DNA of 64,000 nt, taken from positions 43,090,001 to 43,154,000 of the forward strand of contig NC_043000.1 of NCBI RefSeq assembly GCF_006345805.1. Direction: 5' to 3'. Position 1 is the first letter of the stretch. Each line of letters begins with the position of its first letter. Below the pieces are notes generated by a model that saw only the letters and a program-made list of their open reading frames with translations, searched no databases and had not been told where the DNA came from. A program made the position numbers and the translations under genes. This DNA is from Octopus sinensis. Lineage: Eukaryota. Below are positions 52,147 to 64,000 of this stretch, in pieces.

Positions 52147-52328
52147 TATGTGTGTGTGTGTGTGGTGTCTGTATGTTTGTGTTTGTCCCCCTAGCATTGC
52201 TTGACAACCGATGCTGGCGTGTTTACGTCCCCGTCACTTAGCGGTTCGGCAAAAGAGACCGATGGAATAAGTACAGGACTTACAAAGAATAAGTTCCGGG
52301 GTCGATTTGCTCGACTAAAGACGGTGCA
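52003..52328 (+). mobile_element. SINE-A body downstream of element B
   Basis: GTCTTCTGCTATAGC..GGCCGACCAATGCCTTGTGAGTGGATTTGG, internal TA/TG tract, partial tail. Confidence 0.9.
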
Positions 52329-52429
52329 GGATTTGACCTCGGAGAGTAAAGAACCGAAAAGAATACCACAAAAATTTTCTCCGACACTCTAAGGATTATA
52401 CTAGGTCACTGCGTTAATGATGATAATCC

Positions 52430-53003
52430 TTTCTACTATAAATTTGGAGGAGGGGGGCCAGTCGATTAGATCAACCCCAGTACACAAATGGCACCTAATT
52501 TATCGACACTGAAAGGATGAAAGAAAAAGTCGACCCCGGCAGAATGTGAACTCAGAACGTAATGACGGATGAAATACCTATTTCTTTACTACCCACAAGG
52601 GGCTAAACACAGAGAGGACAAACAAGGACAGACAAATGGATAAAGTCGATTATATCGACCCCAGTGCGTAACTGGTACTTATTTAGTCGACCTCGAAAGG
52701 ATGAAAGGCAAAGTCGACCTCGGCGGAATTTGAACTCAGAACGTAAAGACAGACGAAATACCTATTTCTTTTTTATTTCTTTACTACCCACAAGGGGCTA
52801 AACACAGAGAGGACAAACAAGGACAGACAAACAGATTAAGTGGATTACATTGACCTCAGTGCGTAACTGGTACATAATTTATCGACCCCGAAATGATGAA
52901 AGGCAAAGTCGACCTCGGTGGACTTTGAACTCTGAACGTAACGGCAGACGAAATACCGCTAAGCATTTCGTCCAACGCGCTGACGATTCTTCCAGCTCAC
53001 CGT
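52430..53003 (-). mobile_element. Head-to-tail SINE-B trimer
   Basis: Three GGATGAAAG..GTCGAC..GAACTCAGAACGTAA units; two identical junctions GAAATACC|TATTTCTTT. Confidence 0.85.
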
Positions 53004-54277
53004 AATAATAGTATAGTAGCAACAACAGCAGCACATGACATTAACAACAATAAATCTGAAGCAATAAAGTTTCTTCAGAAAATGGAACATTTCGAACGCT
53101 GTCGAACAGTGAGAACAGATGCAAATAATTCTAGCTTCATAAAATATTATAAAGCAATAAATTTAAAGAATTTTCTGTATCTCTGTCATTATATACAGAT
53201 ATATGAATAATGTGTGTGTATGTTTGTCTGTAAACATCCGTGTAGATGTGTTTGTGTGTGCTAGCGTGTATACTTGCCTACATATATGTATATATGTATG
53301 TTTACTTATAAATAAATATACAGATATACATATTCGCATATAGACGAGTTTTAGATATATGTGTGTGTATATGTGAATAAATACATATGTATGAATATAT
53401 ATGTAGGATCTTTTCACTTTGATCGGCAGATTTTTAAAATAATTTCCATGTAACTAAAAAATTTTTAACTTCGTCTACTGGTAGAATGTGTTTATAAAAC
53501 ATCTTTTTCTCTTGGCTTTCTCGAGAAAATTCTGTAGTCTGTAAGATATTTCCTTCAATTTTGGCAATTTCAACCAATCAATGACGTCTATTGAGGTGAA
53601 AACGATTTCTGCCGTAGAGTGTAAACAACATTTTCTGGCGGTGTCATATGAAAATGTCACCCATAATTATGACCCTATAGCATGAGTGAGGAGTCCTTCC
53701 GTGCCCTCACTCACACTATTATTGACCGTGAACTTACCAGCGGCCCTTCCGTAGCACTTACGTTGCCTTCCTGCCTTTTCGGTCTTCTGGATACCAAAAC
53801 ATCTCATATATGTACATAAATAAATCTGTTTTTTTTTTAGTATATGTATATATATACACACACTCGCAGACACACACTCACATACATATATATCACTGGT
53901 GTCTGTATGTTTTCTAAAATACAACGAGGAGCAGCTGTGTTCAGGGATGAATTAAATCATAAAAAACGAATCTATTTGTACGTGTCCATTTCTTATTTCT
54001 TTTTTAATATATGTGTGGAGGGTAAGATATATATATGATCGAGGGCGGATGTTTTCGTCTGTGTCTCTGTAGGTCTTTCCGTGTGTATTGACTTATTCTT
54101 CTACGTGTCTTCAACCATTCATACATTTATTGACTGTATAAGTTCTTGATTCAATATTTTTTCTCATTGTCCCCATTCACGTTGTGTAGTTGTCAGTGTA
54201 TCGGTGTCTCTCTGTCTATGTTCTGTTCTCTCCGTTTGCCTATTTGTTTGTCTTTCTGAACCTCCCTCTCACCCTTC

Positions 54278-54412
<135 letters not shown>

Positions 54413-54806
54413 TATCAGTTGTGTGGGTGTTGTACTTGCCTAATTGTAGACTGATACAGCTATGTCGCAAAGCAGCCATGGTTGGAATTTAGAACGATAA
54501 AACAGCTCTATGTTGGTGCTAAGGGACCGAACCTCTTTTCCCTGACAGAATATCGCTACCAACATCCTATCCGTGGACACATACCACAAAATTCCGAACG
54601 AAAATTGATTTCACTGTCAAATTGCAACACCATGCGAGCTGTGTTGACGAAAGGCAGCCTAATACCCAGTTGTCAGCACTGGCTCTTCCTCATTTAGCTC
54701 TACAAATCTAAAGAGGGTGGTTCGTTTGACGAGTCTACGTTCTTTTTTATAGAGCCGACTTAAACTTATCAAATAACACACACAGACACAAACACACACG
54801 CACACA

Positions 54807-54852
<46 letters not shown>

Positions 54853-54880
54853 GTTATTATTATTGTTGTTGTTGTTGTTG

Positions 54881-54912
<32 letters not shown>

Positions 54913-54914
54913 TT

Positions 54915-55453
54915 ATGTTTAACTTTTGCTTTACATTTGTACAAGTTGGCTCCAAGTCTCACCGAGAGACCTCAAGAGACAACAAGTTGGAAGTTGATGT
55001 TGGTGTTATGCCCAGGGTGCCATATACTTCGTTTTGTACATAGTATTGTTCTAGAGAATGTATAAGAAACCATAAGAACATTATGTTTGTTTTAAAACTT
55101 GAGATTGCATAGAAAGTATTTTGCGTAGGATATGGGCAGTTCCCATGAGTAATATCTTTTGAATTTCTGCCATTTTGGGGTGTCCTGGTATCTGAGCTAG
55201 GTAGTGATCATCCCCTTTTGCTATAATTCCCAGGGCACGAATGACAACAAGTATTGTTTTAGTCTTCAGGTTCCACATTTTGTTAATTTCTATTTCAAGA
55301 TCTTTATATTTGCTAAGTTTTTGGTAGGTCTTGACAGTTACGTTTATATCGATTGGGACAGTCATATCAATGAGGAGGCATGATTTTTGTCTGAAGTCTT
55401 TCAATGTGATGTCTGTCCTATTCGCATCTACCTTTTTGTCAGTTTGAATGTTG
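54915..55453 (-). mobile_element. 5'-truncated R4/Dong-like element (RLE C-terminus), tandem copy 1
   Basis: NIQTDKKVDANRTDITLKDFRQKSCLLIDMTVP..KYKDLEIEINKMW..RALG; embedded in (TAT)n. Confidence 0.85.
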
Positions 55454-55538
55454 TATTATTATTATTATTATATTATATTATTATTATTATTGTTATTATT
55501 ATTGTTGTTGTTGTTGTTATTATTATTATTATTATTTT

Positions 55539-56076
55539 ATGTTTAACTTTTGCTTTACATTTGTACAAGTTGGCTCCAAGTCTCACCCAGAGACCTCAAG
55601 AGACAACAAGTTGGAAGTTGATGTTGGTGTTATGCCCAGGGTGCCATATACTTTGTTTTGTACATAGTATTGTTCTAGAGAATGTATAAGAAACCATAAG
55701 AACATTATGTTTGTTTTAAAACTTGAGATTGCATAGAAAGTATTTTGCGTAGGATATGGGCAGTTCCCATGAGTAATATCTTTTGAATTTCTGCCATTTT
55801 GGGGTGTCCTGGTATCTGAGCTAGGTAGTGATCATCCCCTTTTGCTATAATTCCCAGGGCACGAATGACAACAAGTATTGTTTTAGTCTTCAGGTTCCAC
55901 ATTTTGTTAATTTCTATTTCAAGATCTTTATATTTGCTAAGTTTTTGGTAGGTCTTGACAGTTACGTTTATATCGATTGGGACAGTCATATCAATGAGGA
56001 GGCATGATTTTTGTCTGAAGTCTTTCAATGTGATGTCTGTCCTATTCGCATCTACCTTTTTGTCAGTTTGAATGTT

Positions 56077-56078
<2 letters not shown>
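55539..56078 (-). mobile_element. 5'-truncated R4/Dong-like element, tandem copy 2
   Basis: Near-identical to copy 1 at a 624-bp offset, with the same truncation point. Confidence 0.85.
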
Positions 56079-56163
<85 letters not shown>

Positions 56164-56314
56164 CTTTTTAGCAGAAGCAACAGAGTGACTCGAGGCCCAA
56201 GAGTTTCGTGAAACAAAATCGCTCAAGAGGTCGAGAGAGCAACAGGCATGCATTTCACCGTTGATGCGGTGAAATACGTATCTTAATCGGATGTGTATAT
56301 ATATATATATATAC

Positions 56315-56375
<61 letters not shown>

Positions 56376-56717
56376 ATATACACACATATGTATATACATA
56401 CATATATACATACGTACGTACATACATACATACATACATACATACATACATACATGTATTAATGTTTATATACTGCATGAGTTTAAATTACGTATTTCAC
56501 CACAGCAACAGCGAAGTGTGAGCTTGTTGCTCTCTTGCTATCTGAAACTATTTCGTTTCACCTATGGCTGAAATATATTGTGTATTTTAACACAATACAT
56601 CTACAAAGGGAGTTTCTCGGCTGGAAATCTCGCAGCTTTTAACAGTTCAACAAAGCATATTCATGAAGTATGTCATATCGATACATACGAGTATACATCT
56701 GAAACGATATATACATA

Positions 56718-57230
56718 CTAACAGAGGTACCCGGCGTTTCTGGGTATAACTCTCAGTTGATCAGTGGAGTATTTCTTCAAATGAACCGAAAGACGTCCGT
56801 CAAACACGTCAATAGAAGTAACAATTTACAGGTGTTGGCCCTAAAGAGGTCCTCTGAACATTCACTATGAAATATCTGCGGCGGGGCTGCCAGCAAAGAT
56901 GAATCCGATGGTAATATTTTAACCTTGCTGGCTCTAAAGAGAGCTTTGGATCGGTTACTCTCAAAAGTCTCAGCGGCGGTACTGCCAGCAAATTATAAAC
57001 CAGTGATAACAATTTATAGTTTATGGCCCTGAAGAGGACATTTTAACGTTCACTTTGAATTATCTCAACGGAGGTGCGGCCAGCAAAGATGAATACGATG
57101 GTAACAATTTAAACTTGGTGTCCCTGAAGAGGGCCTTGGATCGTTCACTCTTAAAATCCAAGCGGCAGAGCTGTCAGCAAAGACGACTCTGATTAGAGTT
57201 GGTGCCCCTTAAGAAGTCCTTCACATCACT
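56718..57230 (+). repeat. ~94-bp tandem repeat (about 4.4 units), possibly inside a Helentron/HINE-like element
   Basis: Units start at 56820, 56913, 57008 and 57103 and share AAGAG and G(C/T)CAGCAAA; upstream hairpin TACCC..GGGTA. Confidence 0.7.
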
Positions 57231-57624
57231 TTTGTGTGTCGTATTTGCTTGTTATTTCGCTTAATTCAAAATTGGTTTACTGCGCCCGCCTCACCAAGGG
57301 ATTCCTTACCTTAATTTCTGCGCAAGTACATACCTGCAACTTTATTTGTAGGCCTTAAGCAAGCAAAAGATTAATTTTGAAGAAGGGAAGCAAATTGCAA
57401 GTATTACGGACCTTTAGGCAGTAGTACTGTTGACTCCAAGAGAGAGGCTGAAGGGAGTTATCTGCGTGTGGGGCCCCCACAATCGATGTACAGAAAAATA
57501 AAATAGCCTACGACGCGTAATAGGACTTCAGAAAGTAATGCATAACATTTGTTGCAAATCGGTTGAAAAGTGTAGAAATGCATGCAGTTACACAGACAGC
57601 CAGCCATCTTCTGTATTATATCTA

Positions 57625-57695
<71 letters not shown>

Positions 57696-59189
57696 AACGT
57701 TATACATATATATGTATAAAGTTTTATAGATTTGTTCACATATTTATATAACTGTGTGTGTGAGTGTGTGTTTGTGTGTGTGCATATGTGTATGTTTGAA
57801 TGTTTGTAATTTTATGACACTGTGTGTGTTGACACGAAAACTAAAGAAGAACATAGTTTTCCGTAAATGCTGATTTAATGACTATATACAGTTTGTTAGG
57901 AGCAGCACATATAATGTATTACAAATGAAAGAAAAATGGAAAGAACAATTGTATGTTTTCAAACAAAACATTTGACAAACAATTCTATCAGTAAAGAGAT
58001 ATACGACTAAATGTTAGAAAACTTTGCATAAGCGGTTCATTAATTTTCCACAGAGAATTTCAAGAAAGAGCTGAGATTTACTCTGTGATATCAGATGACA
58101 ACCCTGAATCTCAAATGCATATCAAAATAAAGAAATTTAATGTAACTAAATAAATACATAACGGAATACGATAACTCGAAATTATATAGAGAGAGCTCTT
58201 TAAGTATAAATACCAATTCATGCGTTTCTAGTCTTTCTTTTCGCGTAAATAACACTGTCTGAACAAATACAACATTACATCAACAGCTTAAACACTTTTC
58301 TTCAAATCAACAGACATTCTCAATTTCCTTTCGCACCAGCAATGCAAGAGAACATCAATTTTCAATTTCTTTCTCACAAGCAACACAAAGGACATCAATT
58401 CGTATTCTGTATTCTCACGAACAATACGTTAGAACATCAATTCCAACGAACCCTCACACCTAGGAACATAAACAAACTACATATGTAAGTAAGATAGAAA
58501 ATACTAGAAATGACATATGACATCGCTTCAGTATTACAACCAGACGTAGAGAATATATCAAAGTAAACAAAATAGACTTCGAATCAATGAAACGACGATA
58601 TTGGATAAATGAGGTTCCGACAGAGCGTGCTTAAAATTAAAACTGTTAACAGTGTCATCACAACATATCTAATATAGATATGGACATCTCTGTATAGGTA
58701 TACTGCACATTTAAGCAGTATAACTCTCAACAACAAAGGTAAAACTACTGACTAGTTTCAACTTTCATTAAAGTCTTATCAAGATTCGAATACCTCCGTC
58801 TGTTCGCAAAAAAAATTATAGTGTTACTGTATAGTGGAAAATTTAACAACATAATATTGATGTACAGGGAAAATATTCGAACCATTATTGATTATACTTG
58901 ACCAACCTGGATCAACAATCAGTCCACAGCAATCATAACAAATTACGAAAGCACATAAAAACAAAATTCGCATCAGCTTAAGCTGTGCACTGATTTCATT
59001 CATAGATCGCCTATATATTTAAACAAAGATAATATAAATGAAATGACAAATGGATATACGAGTGGACCAACTTGACACGGAAACACGAAATGTTATGGAA
59101 TTAGTGTGTACTTCTTACAAGTGTAATCAAGTACACATTGGCTCATGCAGAATATTCTGGAACGTTACAACACAAAAATATCTCGATAA

Positions 59190-59720
59190 ATTAAGCACCA
59201 GTGAAATACTGGGGTCGATGTTATCGACAGCTCCACCCCACTAAATTGCTGCCCTTGTAGCAAAATTTGAAACCATAATTATTATCAAGGCGGCGAAGCG
59301 GCAGAATCGTCAGTACGCCGGTCAAAATGTTTAGCGGCATTTCGTCCGTCTTTATCTTCTGAGTTCAAATTCCACCGAGGCCGTCTTTGCTTTTCACCCA
59401 TTCGGGGATCAAGAAAATAAATACCAGTTGATCACTGGGGTCAATTTAATGGACTCCACCAAAATTTCAGGCTTTGTGTCTTTAGTAGAAAGGATTATCA
59501 TTATTATCATTATTATTATTATTATTATTATTATTAGTTGTTAGGGCGGTGAGCTGTCCTAATCGTTAGCACGATGGACGGAATGCTTAGTTCAAATTCC
59601 GCTGACGTCTACTTTGCCTTTTATCCTTTTGGGCTCGAAAAATTAAGTACCATTTGCGCACTGGGATCGAAATAATAGACTGGTCCCCTCCCTTGTGCCT
59701 ATAGTAGAAAGGATTATCAT
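59190..59720 (+). mobile_element. SINE-B cluster (tail fragment plus two copies separated by (ATT)n)
   Basis: AAGGCGGCGAAGCGGCAGAATCGT..GAGTTCAAATTCC..; second head at about 59543. Confidence 0.75.
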
Positions 59721-61185
59721 TATTTGTTGTTGTTGGTAGTGGTGGTGCGGAAATGACATAAAGGAAAAGAAAGAATTTGTTTGTGAATTTCATGTTTTAG
59801 TTGCTTCTAAATCATGGAAGTCGCAAACAAATCGTTTCTTTTATATGTGTAACTACTTAATCACACACATATAAACTTTTATCATACGCGAGACATAAAA
59901 TATTCATAGTTGGGTCAAATGTAACCGACTATAACTTCGGCATTAGATATTTGTCGTATAGTTTTATGAGAAATCAGACATGCGACTACTGTTGATTCCC
60001 TAAATATATATAATTCTTAAAAGAGAAAAGAAAATATAACTGTGTTAACTTTGTTGAAAATGTTATTTTAAATCTTGAAATTATTCCTCAATGTTTATGT
60101 TTATGTTTATATTAAAAATATATAAAACAGTTGAATCAGTAATATGCAAAAAAAGAAAAAGAAACAACCAAAAAAAGAAAAAGAACGAAAATATGTTGGT
60201 CTAAAACGAGAAAAATGGTAACCAAAATTATAAATATTATATCGTAAATTTTGGCCTCGTCTGTAGTTTCGAAAATTATTGCAATTTCAATTTAGCTTCG
60301 GGCATTTGTTTTCTCTAGGAAACACGAATTACACAAATACTCATTTATTCTTTTCTTTGACTGTCTTTCTCTAACTGTCTATCTACTTGTCAGTTTTTCT
60401 GTTCCTCTCTCTCTTCCATGCTTGTATTTCTTTTCTTTTCACATCAGCATTTGTGTCTCTTTCATTTTTTTTCTCTCGAAACTAGAAACATAGAAACACA
60501 CATTCTCAAGGAAATATACATACAACCATACACCCAAGTAAACGATATTGACATATCGTCTGTGTGTGTGTGTATATATATGTATATATATATAGAAAGA
60601 GAGAGAGAGACAGATATATAGATACATATATAAACATATATATGCATATATATATATATATATATACACATATATAGATATATACACATACATATCTCTC
60701 TATATATATATTATATACACATACACCCACACAAATATACAGATATATATATGTATACATCTACATATATATATATATATATATACATACATACATACAT
60801 ATATATATAATATATATATATATGTATGTATGAATATGTATATATGTGAGTATGTTAGAGTGTATTAATGTATATGCCACCAAAAACATAACTATGTAAA
60901 TCGTCATAACGACCACTTATAACTTGAAGCACATACGAGGAATATGTATGTATCTTTAAATTCAAATACTATTTATGAACGTTTATATAACCGTAGATAC
61001 ACAGGAATACATATAAAGAAGTCATAAATAAGTACACATACACACGCACACACACAACACACATAGAAGCAAACGAACAAATATTGTATTGACATATGCA
61101 TCCATATGCACACTTACACTAATAACGAATTCACACCAACGCACTTGTTTCGAGAGCTAAGTTTCATATATATATATATATATAT

Positions 61186-61472
61186 AAACAACTTATAAAT
61201 AAGGGCAAACGGAAAATTTTCTAATGCCAAATATGCCGAAAATTGGACATATTGTCCATTTACCATATAATTTTTTTTCCCATATAAGCGTGCGTACTGG
61301 GGAAAAAAATATATGGTAAATGGACAATATGTCCAATTTTCGGCATATTTGGCATTAGAATTTTTTTCGTTTGCCCTTATTTATAAGTTGTTTATAAGTT
61401 AACCTTTAAAGGTATTTTTTGATATGCTGGCCATTGATAAATTTTTTTTTCGAAAAAATTTTATCCTACATT
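61186..61472. mobile_element. Palindromic copy of the 29.8-kb foldback family between (TA)n tracts
   Basis: AACAACTTATAAATAAGGGCAAAC...GTTTGCCCTTATTTATAAGTTGTT forms a hairpin centred near 61285. Confidence 0.8.
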
Positions 61473-61474
61473 AG

Positions 61475-61515
<41 letters not shown>

Positions 61516-62449
61516 CAGCAGCGGTGACAACGATGGCAATATGCGATGATAACAACTATCACAATGGCAACACCGTAGGCGAACACACATACACAGTAAA
61601 ATACAGAAACTGTGCCATATTTTCGGGTTTTGGGACATCAGCAACAAAATGGGTTGAGAGGATGGGGCTGCTGAGGAGAATGCCACACTGTTGCTTAAAA
61701 CAAGCATGCACACATACATACAATCATGCACACACACATTCACACACGCGTACACACATACACACAAACAAGGACACAAAATCATGCGCACGTAAGGATG
61801 CATATCAAAGAGGAACCGAATGAAGTGTTGCTGAAGAGGTCACAGATGTGTGACAAAAGATTTCCGGACAATGGACATGAGTTGAAAGGATAAAATAACA
61901 ACAGTAATAAATGAATGAAGAAAAAATATATTACGCTTGTGTATATTTGGCAATTAAAAATGACAATCGTGCTATACAGCAATATATACGGCCAGCCATA
62001 ATCTTTCTTCCTTGGCCTGACTGCCAACCGCCAACACCTCTTACGTCCCTCTCCTATTTTCCTGCCTTAAGGCTTTCACTTTATACACGTCAGCTCAATT
62101 CATTTGTCCTCAGTCGAAAGGCACTTGTTGTTATATTCTTGTTCTTTTTAATTGTAATTGTGTACCATGTTCTCCGTTTTTTTGTCTTTGTTGTTGTACA
62201 CATTCGTTAGCTTTCTTCCCAAAAATCTAATGTTTTTTGCTTAGACGTTTATGGGGGAAACCAGATGGAACAGTCTCAAGTGAAACTGCCTGCAACAGTA
62301 AGGACATCTGGTAGCTTAACTGACGAAAGGAGGCTACGAATGACTCGTCATTTTTTACCTGTCTCTCTAATTGCTGTTTTTCCTGTTCACCTTTGTATCG
62401 TCTATCTGTTCGAATGTTTTATTGTCCTCTATTGCTCTTTTGTTTCATT

Positions 62450-62482
<33 letters not shown>

Positions 62483-62890
62483 TAATACACACACACACAT
62501 ATATGCATACATATGCATATATGTGTACAGGACGTCAGCAACAGTAAATAAAATGCAATGCGAATACAAACAAGTTCAATACGAAAACAATAAGAGAAGC
62601 AAATGGAAAACTGGAAAAGTAACACAAAGAAAGACCATTTATCAGTCATCGGCTGTCTATCTACTCCTCGTTTCGAGCATTGAACGACAATGTGATTCTT
62701 TGAAGATAGTCGCTTCCATAAGTACCAAGATAAAATTTGGGATTTATGGAGGGTCAAAGTTGGGAATAAAACAGGACAGTGGAGAATTTTGGATAATTCT
62801 TTATTAGCGCTTTCGTTCGTTTAACCGAATTCTTCAAAAAAATTGAGACAATATAGTATTCCATCTTTTCCTTAATATTATATATATATA

Positions 62891-62946
<56 letters not shown>

Positions 62947-63312
62947 TTCCTAAAATGTATATACAAGAAAAATAAAACTGTTTACAGTCCAAGTCATTCG
63001 AAACAACGAATCTTGTAGGCACTCACCTACAGACAAATACCGACATGCTGAATAATCGAACAAAATGAAACCGAGTTTATTGAACGTGGTACCTTTTGAA
63101 ACGTCACCTGATGAGACTAGACTGCACGGAAGGAAGCACCATAACCAGTTGTATAGTATTTCACCCGCGAGGACTTGAGGCATGATGGGTCGAAACAATC
63201 GTCGTGACTAATAAAACAAATTCGTGACATCTCTTTTTCTATTTCTCTCATTTGTTATATGTATATATATATATAATATATATATATATATCTATATATA
63301 TATATATAATAT

Positions 63313-63369
<57 letters not shown>

Positions 63370-63434
63370 TATATATACTAGCTTAAGGTGACCCGCTCTA
63401 CGCGCGGGTAAGAGTGTGGTGTTATTTTCTGTTG

Positions 63435-63765
63435 CATTCTTTCGGCACGTATAAAGCACTATCCGAACGTGGCCGATGGCAGCGCTGCCTTGACTGGCTT
63501 CTGTGCCGGTGGCACTAAAAAGCACCAACCGATCTTGGTCGCTGCCAGTGCCCCCTCCCCCCGTAGCACCTGTGCCGGTGGCACGAAAAAAGCTCCCACT
63601 ACAATCACGGAGTGGTTGGCGTTAGGAAGGGCATCCAGCTGTAGAAACACTGCCAGATCAGACTGGAGCCTGGTGCTGCCTCCTGGATTTCCAGACCCCG
63701 GACAAACCGTCCAACCCGTGCTAGCACGGAAAACGGTCGTTAAACGATGATGATGATGATGATGA
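63435..63765 (+). mobile_element. SINE 3' part with (GAT)n tail (fifth family)
   Basis: GGTTGGCGTTAGGAAGGGCATCCAGCTGTAGAAAC...AAACGATGATGATG; CTGTGCCGGTGGCAC is duplicated internally. Confidence 0.65.
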
Positions 63766-64000
63766 TTCCCCCTCTTTGTTTCTCTCCCCTTTCTCTCTCC
63801 CTTTCCCACTCTCTTACTCTTCCTTTCTCTCGGACTCTCCCCCGCTTTCTATTACTCTCTATCTTTCTCTATCTATCTCTCTCCCATTTATAAACAACGA
63901 AAGATCTTGAGTAATTTGAGAAAAAAAGTAGTTTGAAAGATCAATCATAAATATCAGGCAGTGACAACGGAAAGGTCTGCTTCCAGGCAGAAAGCAAAAC

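Noticed and set aside
53404-53677. Possible hAT-like MITE with TAGGATC/GACCCTA ends
   Set aside because: Only a 7-bp imperfect TIR, no matching TSD and no second copy in the window.

Overview
AT-rich, microsatellite-saturated eukaryotic DNA with no host gene I can confidently support. The SINE and microsatellite make-up looks like an octopus (cephalopod) genome; this is inferred from recognising repeats, not from a search. All recognisable coding sequence comes from transposable elements. There are three Tx1/L1-clade non-LTR elements (A 2493-4743 minus, C about 12.7-14.6 kb plus and very decayed, B 48315-52002 plus), three R4/Dong-like restriction-like endonuclease (RLE) fragments in (AAT)n tracts, a CR1/L2-group LINE 3' end, an RTE-like RT remnant, mariner remnants, four or five tRNA-derived SINE families and two long-TIR foldback families. 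Main discovery: the two sequence-divergent Tx1-like elements A and B are inserted at the same position (within 1 nt) of the same SINE family, right after AAGTAGCTTGCTAAC, between the SINE's Pol III A and B boxes. Element A has a perfect 15-bp target-site duplication (TSD) and encodes ORF1 only (HAL1-like). A and B also share TGGACGCG at exactly +42 and an 18/22-identical inter-ORF motif ending in TAATG. Together this points to a SINE-targeting retrotransposon lineage with an ORF1-only non-autonomous partner. Most short ORFs in the supplied track are microsatellite artefacts.
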